Positions 1 through 8,739 of a DNA stretch of 56,608 bases are shown in pieces. The position numbers and the translations under genes were made by a program. The notes beneath the pieces are model-generated. The model was not told the origin of the DNA. It did no database searches and worked only from the letters and a program-made list of their open reading frames with translations. The DNA lies in NCBI GenBank assembly GCA_019310725.1, contig JAFDDT010000049.1, forward strand, positions 1 to 56,608. The letters run 5' to 3'. How positions within the stretch are numbered: position 1 is the first letter of the stretch; the number at the start of each line of letters is the position of its first letter. This stretch comes from Deltaproteobacteria bacterium (GTDB lineage Bacteria > Desulfobacterota > DSM-4660 > Desulfatiglandales > B25-G16).

Positions 1-21
1 CAACTACAAGGGGGTATATGA

Positions 22-258
22 ATGAAAACTACAGCCAAAGATCTCCGTTTTCATTCGAGAGAATTGCTTGATACCGTTAGTAGAGGGGAAGAAGTCATTA
101 TCACCTATCGTGGTAAGCCTTGCGCCAAGCTTGTTCCTTACAGTGAAAGAAAGGATAAGAAAATGTTCAAGGACAAACTATTTGGTATTTGGAAAAACAA
201 TGAAAAAGTAAAAGATATTGATGAATATGTTAGAGAATTAAGAAAGAGTAGATTCTAA
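22..258 (+). CDS. Type II antitoxin, Phd/YefM family
   Basis: 78-aa ORF. The N-terminus KDLRFHSRELLDTVSRGEEVIITYRGKPCAKLVPY is a typical Phd/YefM pattern. Its TAA stop (256-258) directly abuts the ATG of the PIN gene at 259. Confidence 0.8.
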   Translation: MKTTAKDLRFHSRELLDTVSRGEEVIITYRGKPCAKLVPYSERKDKKMFKDKLFGIWKNNEKVKDIDEYVRELRKSRF

Positions 259-648
259 ATGTTGCTTATTGATACGGACGTCCTCATTTGGTACATGAGG
301 GGTAATGAGCGTGCTTACAAAGTAATTGAAGATAATCTGCCATTTTCTATTTCAGTTGTTACCTACATAGAGTTAGTTCAAGGAATGAGAAACAAGGATG
401 AATTAGACTGCTTACGGAAAACTCTCAAAGACTGGGAAACGAAAATTCTATATATATCAGAGGAAATTTCTGCCAAAGCAATGTTTTATGTGGAGCAACA
501 TTATTTAAGTCATTCCTTACATCTTGCTGATGCCCTAATAGCTGCTACCGCTGTATCATATGGCCTGCCTATTCTTACAGGGAATGACAAGCACTACAAA
601 TTCATCAAGCATGTTCAAATAAAGAAATTCCGTCCGCAAAGAGATTGA
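259..648 (+). CDS. vapC: PIN-domain toxin, VapC family
   Basis: 129 aa. Starts MLLIDTDVLIWY (PIN acidic N-terminal motif) and carries a later LADALIAATA segment. Translationally abutted to the upstream antitoxin. Confidence 0.8.
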   Translation: MLLIDTDVLIWYMRGNERAYKVIEDNLPFSISVVTYIELVQGMRNKDELDCLRKTLKDWETKILYISEEISAKAMFYVEQHYLSHSLHLADALIAATAVSYGLPILTGNDKHYKFIKHVQIKKFRPQRD

Positions 649-1000
649 AAATGAAAGCAGCGAACATGTCACTCAAGCCGAGCATGAAAACGCCGGCGCA
701 TTTCACGGCAACTTAGCTCTCACGTTACAGGAGGCAAATGAAATCGTGGCCATAGCTGTTTTTCCGCACTCCAAAGTCGTGCACGTCGTTTCCTGCGGTG
801 ATTAACTCATCTACTTTCCTGATCCACGCACTTTCGTGCAATCTCCCTACCATTCTCTTACCCTTGTTATTCAACAGCTATTCATTGTAACAAACAAGGC
901 CCCCCTTCATTCAGTACCAAGTTTTGCCGGATTTTATGGCATACCATGTCAAACTATTGACATCAAAAGACTGCCATAAATATATACGCTCTTCCGATGG

Positions 1001-1041
1001 CATGATATCTATCATGATATCTATGCTTACTGCATGATATC
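1001..1041. repeat. Tandem 12-bp repeat CATGATATCTAT x2 plus a third CATGATATC copy
   Basis: Copies at 1001-1012 and 1013-1024 are identical, and 1033-1041 repeats the 9-bp core. The core contains the palindrome GATATC. It lies about 260 bp upstream of the Tat-MBL hydrolase start. Confidence 0.6.
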
Positions 1042-1302
1042 GTGTACTTGAAATTGCGAATCCTTAACTCTAGAGGGCCATTCGACCTACCTTGCGTTGT
1101 GAGATGTTCCCAGCCGGTTAAGGCATCCCGAGAATCAAATGCGTTACGCAATCGGCTGATCTAGGCACCCATATTGCATAATACGTAAGGCGGATAGATA
1201 CCCATCTCTTATGGGCAAGAGATAAAGCTCCCCGCAGTGGTGCTGTATAGGGGGAGAGGGTTATCCCGGCGAAGACAAAGAGAAAACACAAGGAGGAAGC
1301 AC

Positions 1303-2169
1303 ATGAGCGTTTCAAGAAGGCAATTTTTCAAGGGTTTGGGCGCTGCCATCGGCATGGTTGGTCTTCAGAGTCTTATGAAAGGTGCAATTGCCCATGCAGT
1401 TGAAAAGGAACCAATCGGTCCTGGCAAGGTCGGCATTGAATGGCTTGGCCATGGAAGCTTTTTATTCACCTCGTGCAATGGTAAGAAGATCCTGCTTGAT
1501 CCCTGGATTAGCACCAATCCAAAGTGCCCTGGGAGATACAGAAAAAAAGGGGCCTTTGGTTCAGTAGAGATGATTCTATGGACACACGGCCATGTAGACC
1601 ACTTTATGCTTCCTGACGCCAAGGAACTCGTGGCCGATTACAAACCAAAGGTTGTGGCCCCATGGGAGCTCAGTTTTTTCATCAAGGCCCAGATCCCTGA
1701 CGCCAATTGCCAGACCTTTGTCCTTGCAAATAAAGGTGCGACAGCGAATTTTGGCGGTATTAAGGTAACCATGACAGAGGCATTTCATTCGGCAGGTGCT
1801 CAGTTAACCGGGTTTGAGGGAGTAAACCGTTTCGTTGGTGAAGCTGCTGGCTATATCATCGAATTTGAAAATGGACTGAAGGTCTATCATTCAGGAGATA
1901 CCTCCTTGATGGGCGATATGAAAACTATTATTGGAGACCATTATAAGCCAGATATAGCCATTCTGCCCATTGGTGGTGTGTTCACCATGGGCCCTGATGA
2001 GGCGGCATATGCCTGCAAACTCATCAGGCCAAGGGTTGCTATCCCTGAGCACTATGGGACATTCCCTGTGCTTACTCAGACCAGCAATGGCTTTAAGAAA
2101 CAGGTCCGCAAACAGGCGCCTCAAGTCAAGGTGCTGGATGTGAAGCCAGGAGTGAGGGTGGAGGTGTGA
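1303..2169 (+). CDS. Tat-signal metallo-beta-lactamase-fold hydrolase
   Basis: ATG at 1303 is preceded by AGGAGG (1291-1296). Has a twin-arginine signal SRRQFFKGLGAAIGMVG and an HxHxDH motif (WTHGHVDHF). The ORF-track start at 1237 lacks an RBS. Confidence 0.75.
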   Translation: MSVSRRQFFKGLGAAIGMVGLQSLMKGAIAHAVEKEPIGPGKVGIEWLGHGSFLFTSCNGKKILLDPWISTNPKCPGRYRKKGAFGSVEMILWTHGHVDHFMLPDAKELVADYKPKVVAPWELSFFIKAQIPDANCQTFVLANKGATANFGGIKVTMTEAFHSAGAQLTGFEGVNRFVGEAAGYIIEFENGLKVYHSGDTSLMGDMKTIIGDHYKPDIAILPIGGVFTMGPDEAAYACKLIRPRVAIPEHYGTFPVLTQTSNGFKKQVRKQAPQVKVLDVKPGVRVEV

Positions 2170-2249
2170 GTCGCCACTTGCCATTGGTCATCTGTCATTT
2201 GTCGAATGACTAGTGACCAGTGACAGGGAATGAAGTGGAGAAATGTGAG

Positions 2250-4304
2250 ATGCGAGATGATGAATTCAGAGTCAGGATATCGATTTTCCAAAAGATAATG
2301 CTCTATGCTGTCCTCTTGGTCTTTCTTGCAGTGGGGATAAGCACCTATTTGGCAGTCAATACAGAGTCAAAGGTTCTAAAGGAAGGATTGATTCATGTGG
2401 CAAACCATACGGCCAGGGATATCGCATCCAGTACCAAGAGTGCCTTCTGGTCTTTGAACTGGATCTTTGTGGAAAGGATGCTGAAGGACTCTGTCCAAGG
2501 TCGGTCCCATCAAGTAATCTACGCCAAGGTTGTCAAGCCCAATGGTGAGGTCTATCTGGCCAGTGACAGGGCTTTCTATGGGGAAAAGGTTGCTGCCTCT
2601 CTTCTCTCAGATCACGAGGCCTTGCTGGATAACTATCTTTTCCCGGAGCAAAAAGAGCGTGGAATTTTATCCGTCCTTCCGGTCACAATAAACAATGATA
2701 CATGGCATATTATCGTAGGGCTTTCCCTCAAATCAGTCAAAAAAGCCATGAAGAATCTAGTTGTTCATAATCTGGCATGGGGAAGCCTTATTGTTCTACT
2801 AGGAATAGGGGGCTCATTTTTCTTTTCCAGATCAATCTCCAAACCTCTTATGAAGCTGGCCAAGGCTACAAAAAAAATATCGGACGGAGATTGGGAAGAC
2901 AATTTGACTATTAAATCAGCTGATGAAGTAGGTCTTCTGAGTCATTCCTTTTACAAAATGATGAAGGAAGTAAGAGCGGCCACTGCCAAACTGGAAGCGT
3001 CTGAATTAAGATATCGAAGCCTGATCACAACTGCCTCAAGGGCCAAAATAGGTATAACCGTGATCCAAAGCAATGATAACAGAAAAGGGCTTATAAGATA
3101 TGTAAACGATGGCATAGCTGATCTATTAGGATACAGCAAGAAAACACTTCTCAAAATGACCATTCAGGATATTATCCATCCGGATAACTATGACGAGGCG
3201 TGGGAGATGTACACAAGGACCCCTGCTGGAGATGAATCAGCTGTAACGTATCAGTTTTGGGCCATCAATAAAAGAGGAGAAAAACTCCCAATCGAAATCA
3301 GCACCGCTGTCACCGAATTTGACGGCAAAAGGGCCCTTGTTTGTTACATAAGAGATGTTACCGAAAAATTAGCAGCAGAGCAGCAACTTAAAGACTATAG
3401 CCAAAATCTTGAGAGGATGGTTGAGGAGAGAGCTGCCGAATTGAAAAAAACATTAACTGATCTTCAGAATGCCCAGTCCCAGCTCATACAATCAGAAAAA
3501 ATGGCCTCTATTGGACAACTAGCGGCCGGTGTGGCACATGAGATCAACAACCCCGTTGGTTTTGTACAGAGTAACTTGGGAACCATTGCTGAATACTGGG
3601 AAGATCTCATGAAATTGTTGAACCAGTACCGAGTACTCGAAACAGGCCTTGCCAAGGAAAAGAATATTGGGGGAGATGGCACTCTCCGGAAGGCCCTTGA
3701 AAATATCCAAAACCAGAGAGATAAGATCGATCTTGGCTCTATATTGAATGACTACAAAAATGTAATTAATGAGTCTCTTGAGGGCATGGCAAGGGTTACA
3801 AAAATCGTATCCGATCTCAAGGACTTTGCCCATGTGGACAAGGCAGAAATAGAGCATACCGATCTAAACAAGGGGATAGAGAGTACCCTCAATATCGCGT
3901 GGAATGAGCTCAAGTACAAAGCAGAGGTCATCAAAGACTTCGGCAATATCCCCTTAGTAAAGTGTTACCCACAGCGCCTAAACCAGGTGTTCATGAATCT
4001 GCTGGTGAATGCAGCCCATGCCATTGAAGACAAAGGGGAGATCCGAATAACAACCAGACACGATAATGGACATGTAGAAATCAGAATCAGTGATACAGGT
4101 TGTGGCATACCGCCGGATGTGCTTACAAAGATATTTGATCCTTTTTTTACCACCAAGGAGGTTGGCAAGGGAACAGGACTGGGCCTTAACGTGGCCTACA
4201 ATATCATCCAAAGGCATAAAGGAACAATTCTTGTGGAGAGTGAAGTGGGAAAAGGGACTACGTTCACGATACGTTTGCAAACAGAACCGGATTTGGTTGA
4301 GTAG
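2250..4304 (+). CDS. Membrane sensor histidine kinase (two TM segments, HAMP, PAS, HisKA, HATPase)
   Basis: TM segments are IMLYAVLLVFLAVGISTYLAV and LAWGSLIVLLGIGGSFFFS. HAMP-like segment is SKPLMKLAKATKKISDGDWED. The phospho-acceptor H-box is SIGQLAAGVAHEINNP, and the G-boxes are DTGCGIP and GKGTGLGL. ATG 2250 has GGAG upstream; GTG 2220 is the alternative start. Confidence 0.85.
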   Translation: MRDDEFRVRISIFQKIMLYAVLLVFLAVGISTYLAVNTESKVLKEGLIHVANHTARDIASSTKSAFWSLNWIFVERMLKDSVQGRSHQVIYAKVVKPNGEVYLASDRAFYGEKVAASLLSDHEALLDNYLFPEQKERGILSVLPVTINNDTWHIIVGLSLKSVKKAMKNLVVHNLAWGSLIVLLGIGGSFFFSRSISKPLMKLAKATKKISDGDWEDNLTIKSADEVGLLSHSFYKMMKEVRAATAKLEASELRYRSLITTASRAKIGITVIQSNDNRKGLIRYVNDGIADLLGYSKKTLLKMTIQDIIHPDNYDEAWEMYTRTPAGDESAVTYQFWAINKRGEKLPIEISTAVTEFDGKRALVCYIRDVTEKLAAEQQLKDYSQNLERMVEERAAELKKTLTDLQNAQSQLIQSEKMASIGQLAAGVAHEINNPVGFVQSNLGTIAEYWEDLMKLLNQYRVLETGLAKEKNIGGDGTLRKALENIQNQRDKIDLGSILNDYKNVINESLEGMARVTKIVSDLKDFAHVDKAEIEHTDLNKGIESTLNIAWNELKYKAEVIKDFGNIPLVKCYPQRLNQVFMNLLVNAAHAIEDKGEIRITTRHDNGHVEIRISDTGCGIPPDVLTKIFDPFFTTKEVGKGTGLGLNVAYNIIQRHKGTILVESEVGKGTTFTIRLQTEPDLVE

Positions 4305-4374
4305 GTAAGTGGTTGAATAGTCAAATGGTTGAATAGTCAAATGGTTGAGTTGTTAAGTGGTCGAGTAGTTGAGC
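4295..4374 (+). repeat. Array of five tandem 16-bp units (GGTTGAGTAGGTAAGT / GGTTGAATAGTCAAAT x2 / GGTTGAGTTGTTAAGT / GGTCGAGTAGTTGAGC)
   Basis: Read directly. Units 2 and 3 are identical. The stop codon of the kinase gene (TAG 4302-4304) lies inside unit 1. Confidence 0.85.
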
Positions 4375-4511
4375 TACTGGTTAGGGAACAGTTACAATTT
4401 CAGGCATTTTAGTTAACTACAGAGGCAGGTCATGACCAAGAATGCCTGGTTTGTGAGTGCATCAAACATCAAGAAGCAAATATCCGAAACCCAGTTGGTA
4501 GGAAGACCGCA

Positions 4512-5840
4512 ATGACAAAAATTTTGATTGTAGACGATGAAGGGCCTATTCGGGAACTCCTTGGGCAAATACTAGAGGGCAGTGGCTACGATTGTACCCT
4601 GGCAGCCAATGCAGCACACGCCCGTGAGTGTTTAAAAGAACAGGACTTCGACCTGATAGTCTCCGATATTAGGATGCCCGGAGAATCGGGACTGGACCTC
4701 ATAAGGTATGCACTAGCGGAGCATCCAGATACCGCGGCGCTTATGGTCAGCGCTCTGGATGATTTCTCTACTGCAGAAACTGCCCTGGAAATAGGCGTTT
4801 ACGGATATATTATTAAACCGTTTGATTCCAAAGGGGTGTTGATCAGTGTGAGCAACGCGTTACGCCGACGGCAGCTTGAGATTGATAACCGGGCCTACCG
4901 TGAAAACCTGGAGCAGATCGTTCAAGAACGGACTGCTGCGCTCAAGAAAAACAAGGAGGAATTGGAACATACGCTTAGCAAATTAAAACAGACCCAGGCG
5001 CAGATGATACAGTCTGAAAAAATGGCCTCCATCGGCCAACTAGCCGCCGGTGTCGCTCACGAGATCAACAACCCCACGGGGTTCATCGGTAGTAACCTAA
5101 ATACCTTGTTGGATTATCATAGGGATATTGGCAAGCTCATCAAACAATACCGGCAGTTGGTGACCGATTTGAAAGATATCGTGACCAGAGAGCAAGACTG
5201 GGCTGCCATTTCAGAACAATTGGAGGGTATTGTGGCCCTGGAGGCTGAAGCGGATATCGATTTTATCTTAGATGATGTTCCTAACCTGATCGGGGAAAGC
5301 CAGGACGGAACTGAGCGACTCAAAAGGATTGTGGCAGATCTTAAGGACTTTGCCCATCCCGGTAAGGACAAATTAGAATCTGCGGATATCAATAAAAGCA
5401 TCGACTCAACCCTGAACGTTGTGTGGAACGAACTTAAATACAAGGCTACTGTTACCAAGGAATACGGGGACCTGCCCCTGGTGGAATGCTATCCCCACCA
5501 GCTTAATCAGGTGTTTATGAACCTGCTGGTGAATGCAGCCCAGGCCATAGAGGAGAAGGGAGAGATCAAGATTGCAACACAGGCCTTAGATGGCCAGGTG
5601 GAGATTAACATAAGTGATACAGGGTCAGGTATTCCCAAAGAAAATCTTTCCAGGATATTTGATGCATTCTTTACAACCAAGGAGATAGGCAAGGGTACCG
5701 GGCTAGGCCTTAATGTTGCCTACAATATCATTCAAAAACATAAAGGTACGATTGATGTGGAGAGTGAGATGGGAAAAGGGACTACGTTTAGGATACGTTT
5801 GCAAATACAACCGGATTTGGTTGAGTATTCGAATGGTTGA
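4512..5840 (+). CDS. Hybrid response regulator-histidine kinase (REC, HisKA, HATPase)
   Basis: N-terminal REC domain (ILIVDDEGPIRELL, DLIVSDIRMPGESG). C-terminal kinase core (SIGQLAAGVAHEINNP, DTGSGIP, GKGTGLGLNV) is clearly paralogous to 2250-4304. Confidence 0.85.
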   Translation: MTKILIVDDEGPIRELLGQILEGSGYDCTLAANAAHARECLKEQDFDLIVSDIRMPGESGLDLIRYALAEHPDTAALMVSALDDFSTAETALEIGVYGYIIKPFDSKGVLISVSNALRRRQLEIDNRAYRENLEQIVQERTAALKKNKEELEHTLSKLKQTQAQMIQSEKMASIGQLAAGVAHEINNPTGFIGSNLNTLLDYHRDIGKLIKQYRQLVTDLKDIVTREQDWAAISEQLEGIVALEAEADIDFILDDVPNLIGESQDGTERLKRIVADLKDFAHPGKDKLESADINKSIDSTLNVVWNELKYKATVTKEYGDLPLVECYPHQLNQVFMNLLVNAAQAIEEKGEIKIATQALDGQVEINISDTGSGIPKENLSRIFDAFFTTKEIGKGTGLGLNVAYNIIQKHKGTIDVESEMGKGTTFRIRLQIQPDLVEYSNG

Positions 5841-5880
5841 GTGGTCAAATGGTTAAATGGTTAAACAGTTGAGGGGTTGC
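5819..5880 (+). repeat. GGTTGAGT-type 16-bp repeat array (left arm of cassette 1)
   Basis: Units are GGTTGAGTATTCGAAT, GGTTGAGTGGTCAAAT, GGTTAAAT, GGTTAAACAGTTGAGG and GGTTGC. The kinase stop TGA (5838-5840) lies inside unit 2. Confidence 0.8.
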
Positions 5881-6065
5881 TTAGGGCTCGCACAAGAATA
5901 AGTTCCCAGAATTGGCGTCCAGATTTGGGTCAGATTTGGTTGCGCCGATTGAGCAAAACCACAGGAATAGTCGTACTATTTCGAGGATTTTGCGATTGAG
6001 GTGCGGCCGAAGATGTCCTGAAAATGGGATGCGAAAATGTGAAGTTATTTTTGCGCGAGCCCTTA
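5881..6065. repeat. Inverted-repeat-closed 185-bp insert (possible structured RNA or nested miniature element)
   Basis: 5881-5905 (ttagggctcgcacaagaataagttc) is complementary to 6041-6065 (gaagttatttttgcgcgagccctta) at 21 of 25 positions. The pair encloses about 135 nt with no credible ORF. Confidence 0.4.
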
Positions 6066-6088
6066 GTGAGACGGGAGAGGAGAAACCT

Positions 6089-6178
6089 ATGTCAGATCAA
6101 TCAGCTAGTGATTTCAGGGACCGATGTCCTCTCAATGGCTATCGCAAATATCCGAAGACAAGGAAGAACAGTGAATAA
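6089..6178 (+). pseudogene. Internally deleted four-helix-bundle (23S rRNA IVS protein family) gene remnant
   Basis: 29-codon mini-ORF MSDQSASDFRDRCPLNGYRKYPKTRKNSE. It keeps the N-terminus (SDFRD) and C-terminus (LNGYxKYxxTRKNxE) of the intact paralog at 9665-10048. It has the same RBS context and the same post-stop sequence TAAACCxTTAA. Confidence 0.65.
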
Positions 6179-6222
6179 ACCGTTAAGCATTTGAACAAAT
6201 CAGGTTATGAGAGCCGAACAGG

Positions 6223-6271
6223 ATTTCAACAATTCGACAACTCACCCATTTGACGACTCAACAACTCAACT
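6223..6271 (-). repeat. GGTTGAGT-type repeat array in inverted orientation (right arm of cassette 1)
   Basis: The reverse complement reads AGTTGAGTTGTTGAGT CGTCAAAT GGGTGAGTTGTCGAAT TGTTGAAA. It is complementary to 5836-5858 over about 17 nt with one mismatch. Confidence 0.75.
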
Positions 6272-6284
6272 GCGTCTAAATAAC

Positions 6285-7328
6285 ATGACATCAATGAACA
6301 AAAATCTCCTTATCGTGGATGATGAGCCAAATGTGCTCAAAAGCCTGAAACGCGAACTCAGGCACGAAGGCTATACCATCTACTTGGCTAATCAAGGCAA
6401 GGCAGGGCTTGAAATTCTCGAAAAACATGACATCGGCGTAATCCTTTCGGATCAGATGATGCCAGGAATGGATGGAGTCACCTTTCTTGAGGCAGCCAAA
6501 CAGCAGAAACCGGATGTGGTCCGGCTCATCCTTACTGGCCATAGAAGTCTTGAAAATGCCATGGCTGCAATAAATAGATCACAAATCTTCGGTTATCTGA
6601 CAAAGCCATGGTCATCGGAGGGGTTAAAGGGGGCAATTGCCAGGGCCTGCGAACATTATAACCTGATCCTGCAAAACAAGAGGCTTCAGGAATTGACCGA
6701 TAAACAAAACAAAGACCTCCAGCAGTTTAACACCAACCTGGAGGCTTTGGTTCATGATCGGACTCTGCAACTCGAGGAGGCGGTCAGGGAAGGGGTTTTG
6801 ATGCTCGCCATGGCAGCAGACGCAAAGGACGATAACACCGGGCAACATGTTCAAAGGATTTCTGAACTAACCGAGGGGCTCTGCGTGAGACTCGGAATGT
6901 CTCCTGAAGAGTCAGAGAGAATCGGATTTTTCAGCATGATGCACGATGTGGGCAAGATCCATATCCCCGACAATATCCTAAGAAAACCAGGACCTCTCAC
7001 TGAACAGGAGTGGTCTGTAATGAAAGAGCACACCATAATAGGGGAAAAGATCTTGGGCAATAAGCCATTCTACCAAACCGCGCGGGAAATAGCACGAAGC
7101 CATCACGAAAAATGGGATGGATCGGGATATCCCGATGGATTGCAAGGAAAGGCTATCCCTCTGGTAGCCAGGGTTGTTGCTGTTGCTGATGTCTTTGACA
7201 GCTTGACCCATGAACGCCCCTATAAAAAGGCATGGCCTGTGGGAAAGGCGCTCAAGGAGGTGAAGAGGCTTTCTGGAAGACACTTTGATCCGGAAATAAT
7301 GGAGGTGTTTTTGAATTTATTTAGTTGA
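6285..7328 (+). CDS. Response regulator with HD-GYP phosphodiesterase domain
   Basis: REC domain (LLIVDDEPNVLKSL, ILSDQMMPGMDG, KPW). HD-GYP domain (MMHDVGKIHIP, HHEKWDGSGYPDGL). The first 26 codons of the ORF-track model (6207) are a translation of the inverted repeat array, so ATG 6285 or 6294 is the likelier start. Confidence 0.8.
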   Translation: MTSMNKNLLIVDDEPNVLKSLKRELRHEGYTIYLANQGKAGLEILEKHDIGVILSDQMMPGMDGVTFLEAAKQQKPDVVRLILTGHRSLENAMAAINRSQIFGYLTKPWSSEGLKGAIARACEHYNLILQNKRLQELTDKQNKDLQQFNTNLEALVHDRTLQLEEAVREGVLMLAMAADAKDDNTGQHVQRISELTEGLCVRLGMSPEESERIGFFSMMHDVGKIHIPDNILRKPGPLTEQEWSVMKEHTIIGEKILGNKPFYQTAREIARSHHEKWDGSGYPDGLQGKAIPLVARVVAVADVFDSLTHERPYKKAWPVGKALKEVKRLSGRHFDPEIMEVFLNLFS

Positions 7329-7378
7329 GCAGTTATGTAGTCGAATGGTTAACTCGCTAAGTGGTTAAGCAGCCGATG
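7323..7378 (+). repeat. GGTTGAGT-type 16-bp repeat array
   Basis: Units are AGTTGAGCAGTTATGT, AGTCGAAT, GGTTAACTCGCTAAGT and GGTTAAGCAGCCGATG. The upstream gene's stop TGA (7326-7328) lies in the first unit. Confidence 0.7.
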
Positions 7379-7428
7379 GGAAGAAATGGGATACTGAACT
7401 ACCCAACGATTGAACCGGGAGATGTGAT

Positions 7429-8736
7429 ATGGCGCTAAGATACAAACATAAACTCCTGCTAGTGGATGATGAGGAATCAATCACCAAGGCCCTCCAAAGA
7501 CTTTTTCGCAAGGAGGGGTATGAAATCCACACCGCATTAAGCGGGCAAGAAGGCCTGGAGGTGCTTAAGGAAGCCAAAAAGTCTTTTTCTCTGATCATTT
7601 CCGATCAAAGGATGCCGGGGATGACAGGGGCACAATTCCTGGAAAAGGCCAAAAACATCTTTCCAAATGCCAAGCGCATCCTTCTGACCGGTTATTCAGA
7701 CATAGACGCTATTGTGGATGCCATAAACAAGGGCGAGATTCACCGTTACCTTGCAAAACCCTGGAATGACGATGATTTGCTCATTCAAACCAGGCAAATC
7801 CTCGAACAGATGGAGCTCGAAGAGCGTAACCAAAAGCTGGAAAGTAGTGTTTTGAATGCTATCAGGTTGCTATCTTCACTGGTTGAGATCTTAAACCCCA
7901 AGCTGGGAGAACACATGAAACAGGTTGCGCCCCTTGCAAGAGAGATTGCCGAGGAATATGCGCTGGAAAAGGAGCAACTTGATCAAATCGAAATAGCTGG
8001 AATGCTTCATGATATTGGTCTGCTTGGGGCACCGGAAAGGATACTTGAAAAGGATCCAGATGAGATGAGCGAGACAGAACGTTACATGTTCAACCAGCAT
8101 CCGGAGATAGGCCAGATCTGTCTCCAGACTGTAGAGAGTCTGGATCAAGTGGGTGCCATTGTTCTTGCTCACCATGAACACTACGACGGGAGCGGATTTC
8201 CTAATGGTTTGATAGGAGATGAGATTCCTCTCGGGGCCCGGATTATTAGCGTCGTGGCGGACTACTGCCAGCTAGCGAGAACATGGCCAACGGATGTGAA
8301 TGAGATCATGACAAAAGCTCGAAAATATATAGGACCATCAGTGAAGGACATTCTCGTCGCTGGCCGCAAAGAGTTAATAAATGATATCACCTCAAAGATA
8401 CTCCTCCTTCGTGCTACCCAAAAGTATGATCCTGATGTGGTAATGAAGTTAGTGAAAAATTTGGAGCCAGATGAAGAAGAGAGAAAAAGGCAGCAAAGGC
8501 TGCGAGACGTTGTCGCTGTGCACTTCAATGACCTGAGAGAGGGAATGGTTCTCGGAAAAAATCTACGGACTGTGGATGGGAGGCTTGTGCTTACTCGGGG
8601 CACAACCCTCAACCAATCGTTAATCCCCTCGATTCAGAGGCTCGGGGAAGGAAACGTTTTGGAAGGCTCTGTCTACATAATCAATTCAACAATCAAAGAG
8701 CCAAATGGAAAACAAATGAGCAATAAGGAAAGCTGA
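7429..8736 (+). CDS. Response regulator with HD-GYP domain and extra C-terminal domain
   Basis: REC domain (LLLVDDEESITKAL, IISDQRMPGMTG, KPWNDDDL). HD-GYP domain (MLHDIGLLG, HHEHYDGSGFPNGL). The roughly 100-aa C-terminal extension (HFNDLREGMVLGKNLRTVDGRLVLTRGTTL) resembles the DUF3391-type module usually found N-terminal to HD-GYP. Confidence 0.8.
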   Translation: MALRYKHKLLLVDDEESITKALQRLFRKEGYEIHTALSGQEGLEVLKEAKKSFSLIISDQRMPGMTGAQFLEKAKNIFPNAKRILLTGYSDIDAIVDAINKGEIHRYLAKPWNDDDLLIQTRQILEQMELEERNQKLESSVLNAIRLLSSLVEILNPKLGEHMKQVAPLAREIAEEYALEKEQLDQIEIAGMLHDIGLLGAPERILEKDPDEMSETERYMFNQHPEIGQICLQTVESLDQVGAIVLAHHEHYDGSGFPNGLIGDEIPLGARIISVVADYCQLARTWPTDVNEIMTKARKYIGPSVKDILVAGRKELINDITSKILLLRATQKYDPDVVMKLVKNLEPDEEERKRQQRLRDVVAVHFNDLREGMVLGKNLRTVDGRLVLTRGTTLNQSLIPSIQRLGEGNVLEGSVYIINSTIKEPNGKQMSNKES

Positions 8737-8739
8737 CCC

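Noticed and set aside
725-853. 42-codon minus-strand ORF (MVGRLHESAWIRKVDELITAGNDVHDFGVRKNSYGHDFICLL) downstream of vapC
   Set aside because: It falls below the ORF-track threshold and no recognisable family was seen. It has only a weak AAGGG upstream. It could be a gene fragment, but the sequence alone does not support that.
963-1315. Minus-strand ORFs 963-1151 and 1118-1315, and the 1237 start of the MBL gene
   Set aside because: They have no RBS and non-protein-like composition. The Tat signal peptide begins at Met 1303, behind a perfect AGGAGG.
6207-6284. N-terminal 26 codons of the ORF-track model 6207-7328 (MRAEQDFNNSTTHPFDDSTTQLRLNN)
   Set aside because: This stretch is simply the inverted repeat array read in an open frame. 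The receiver domain starts right after Met 6285/6294.
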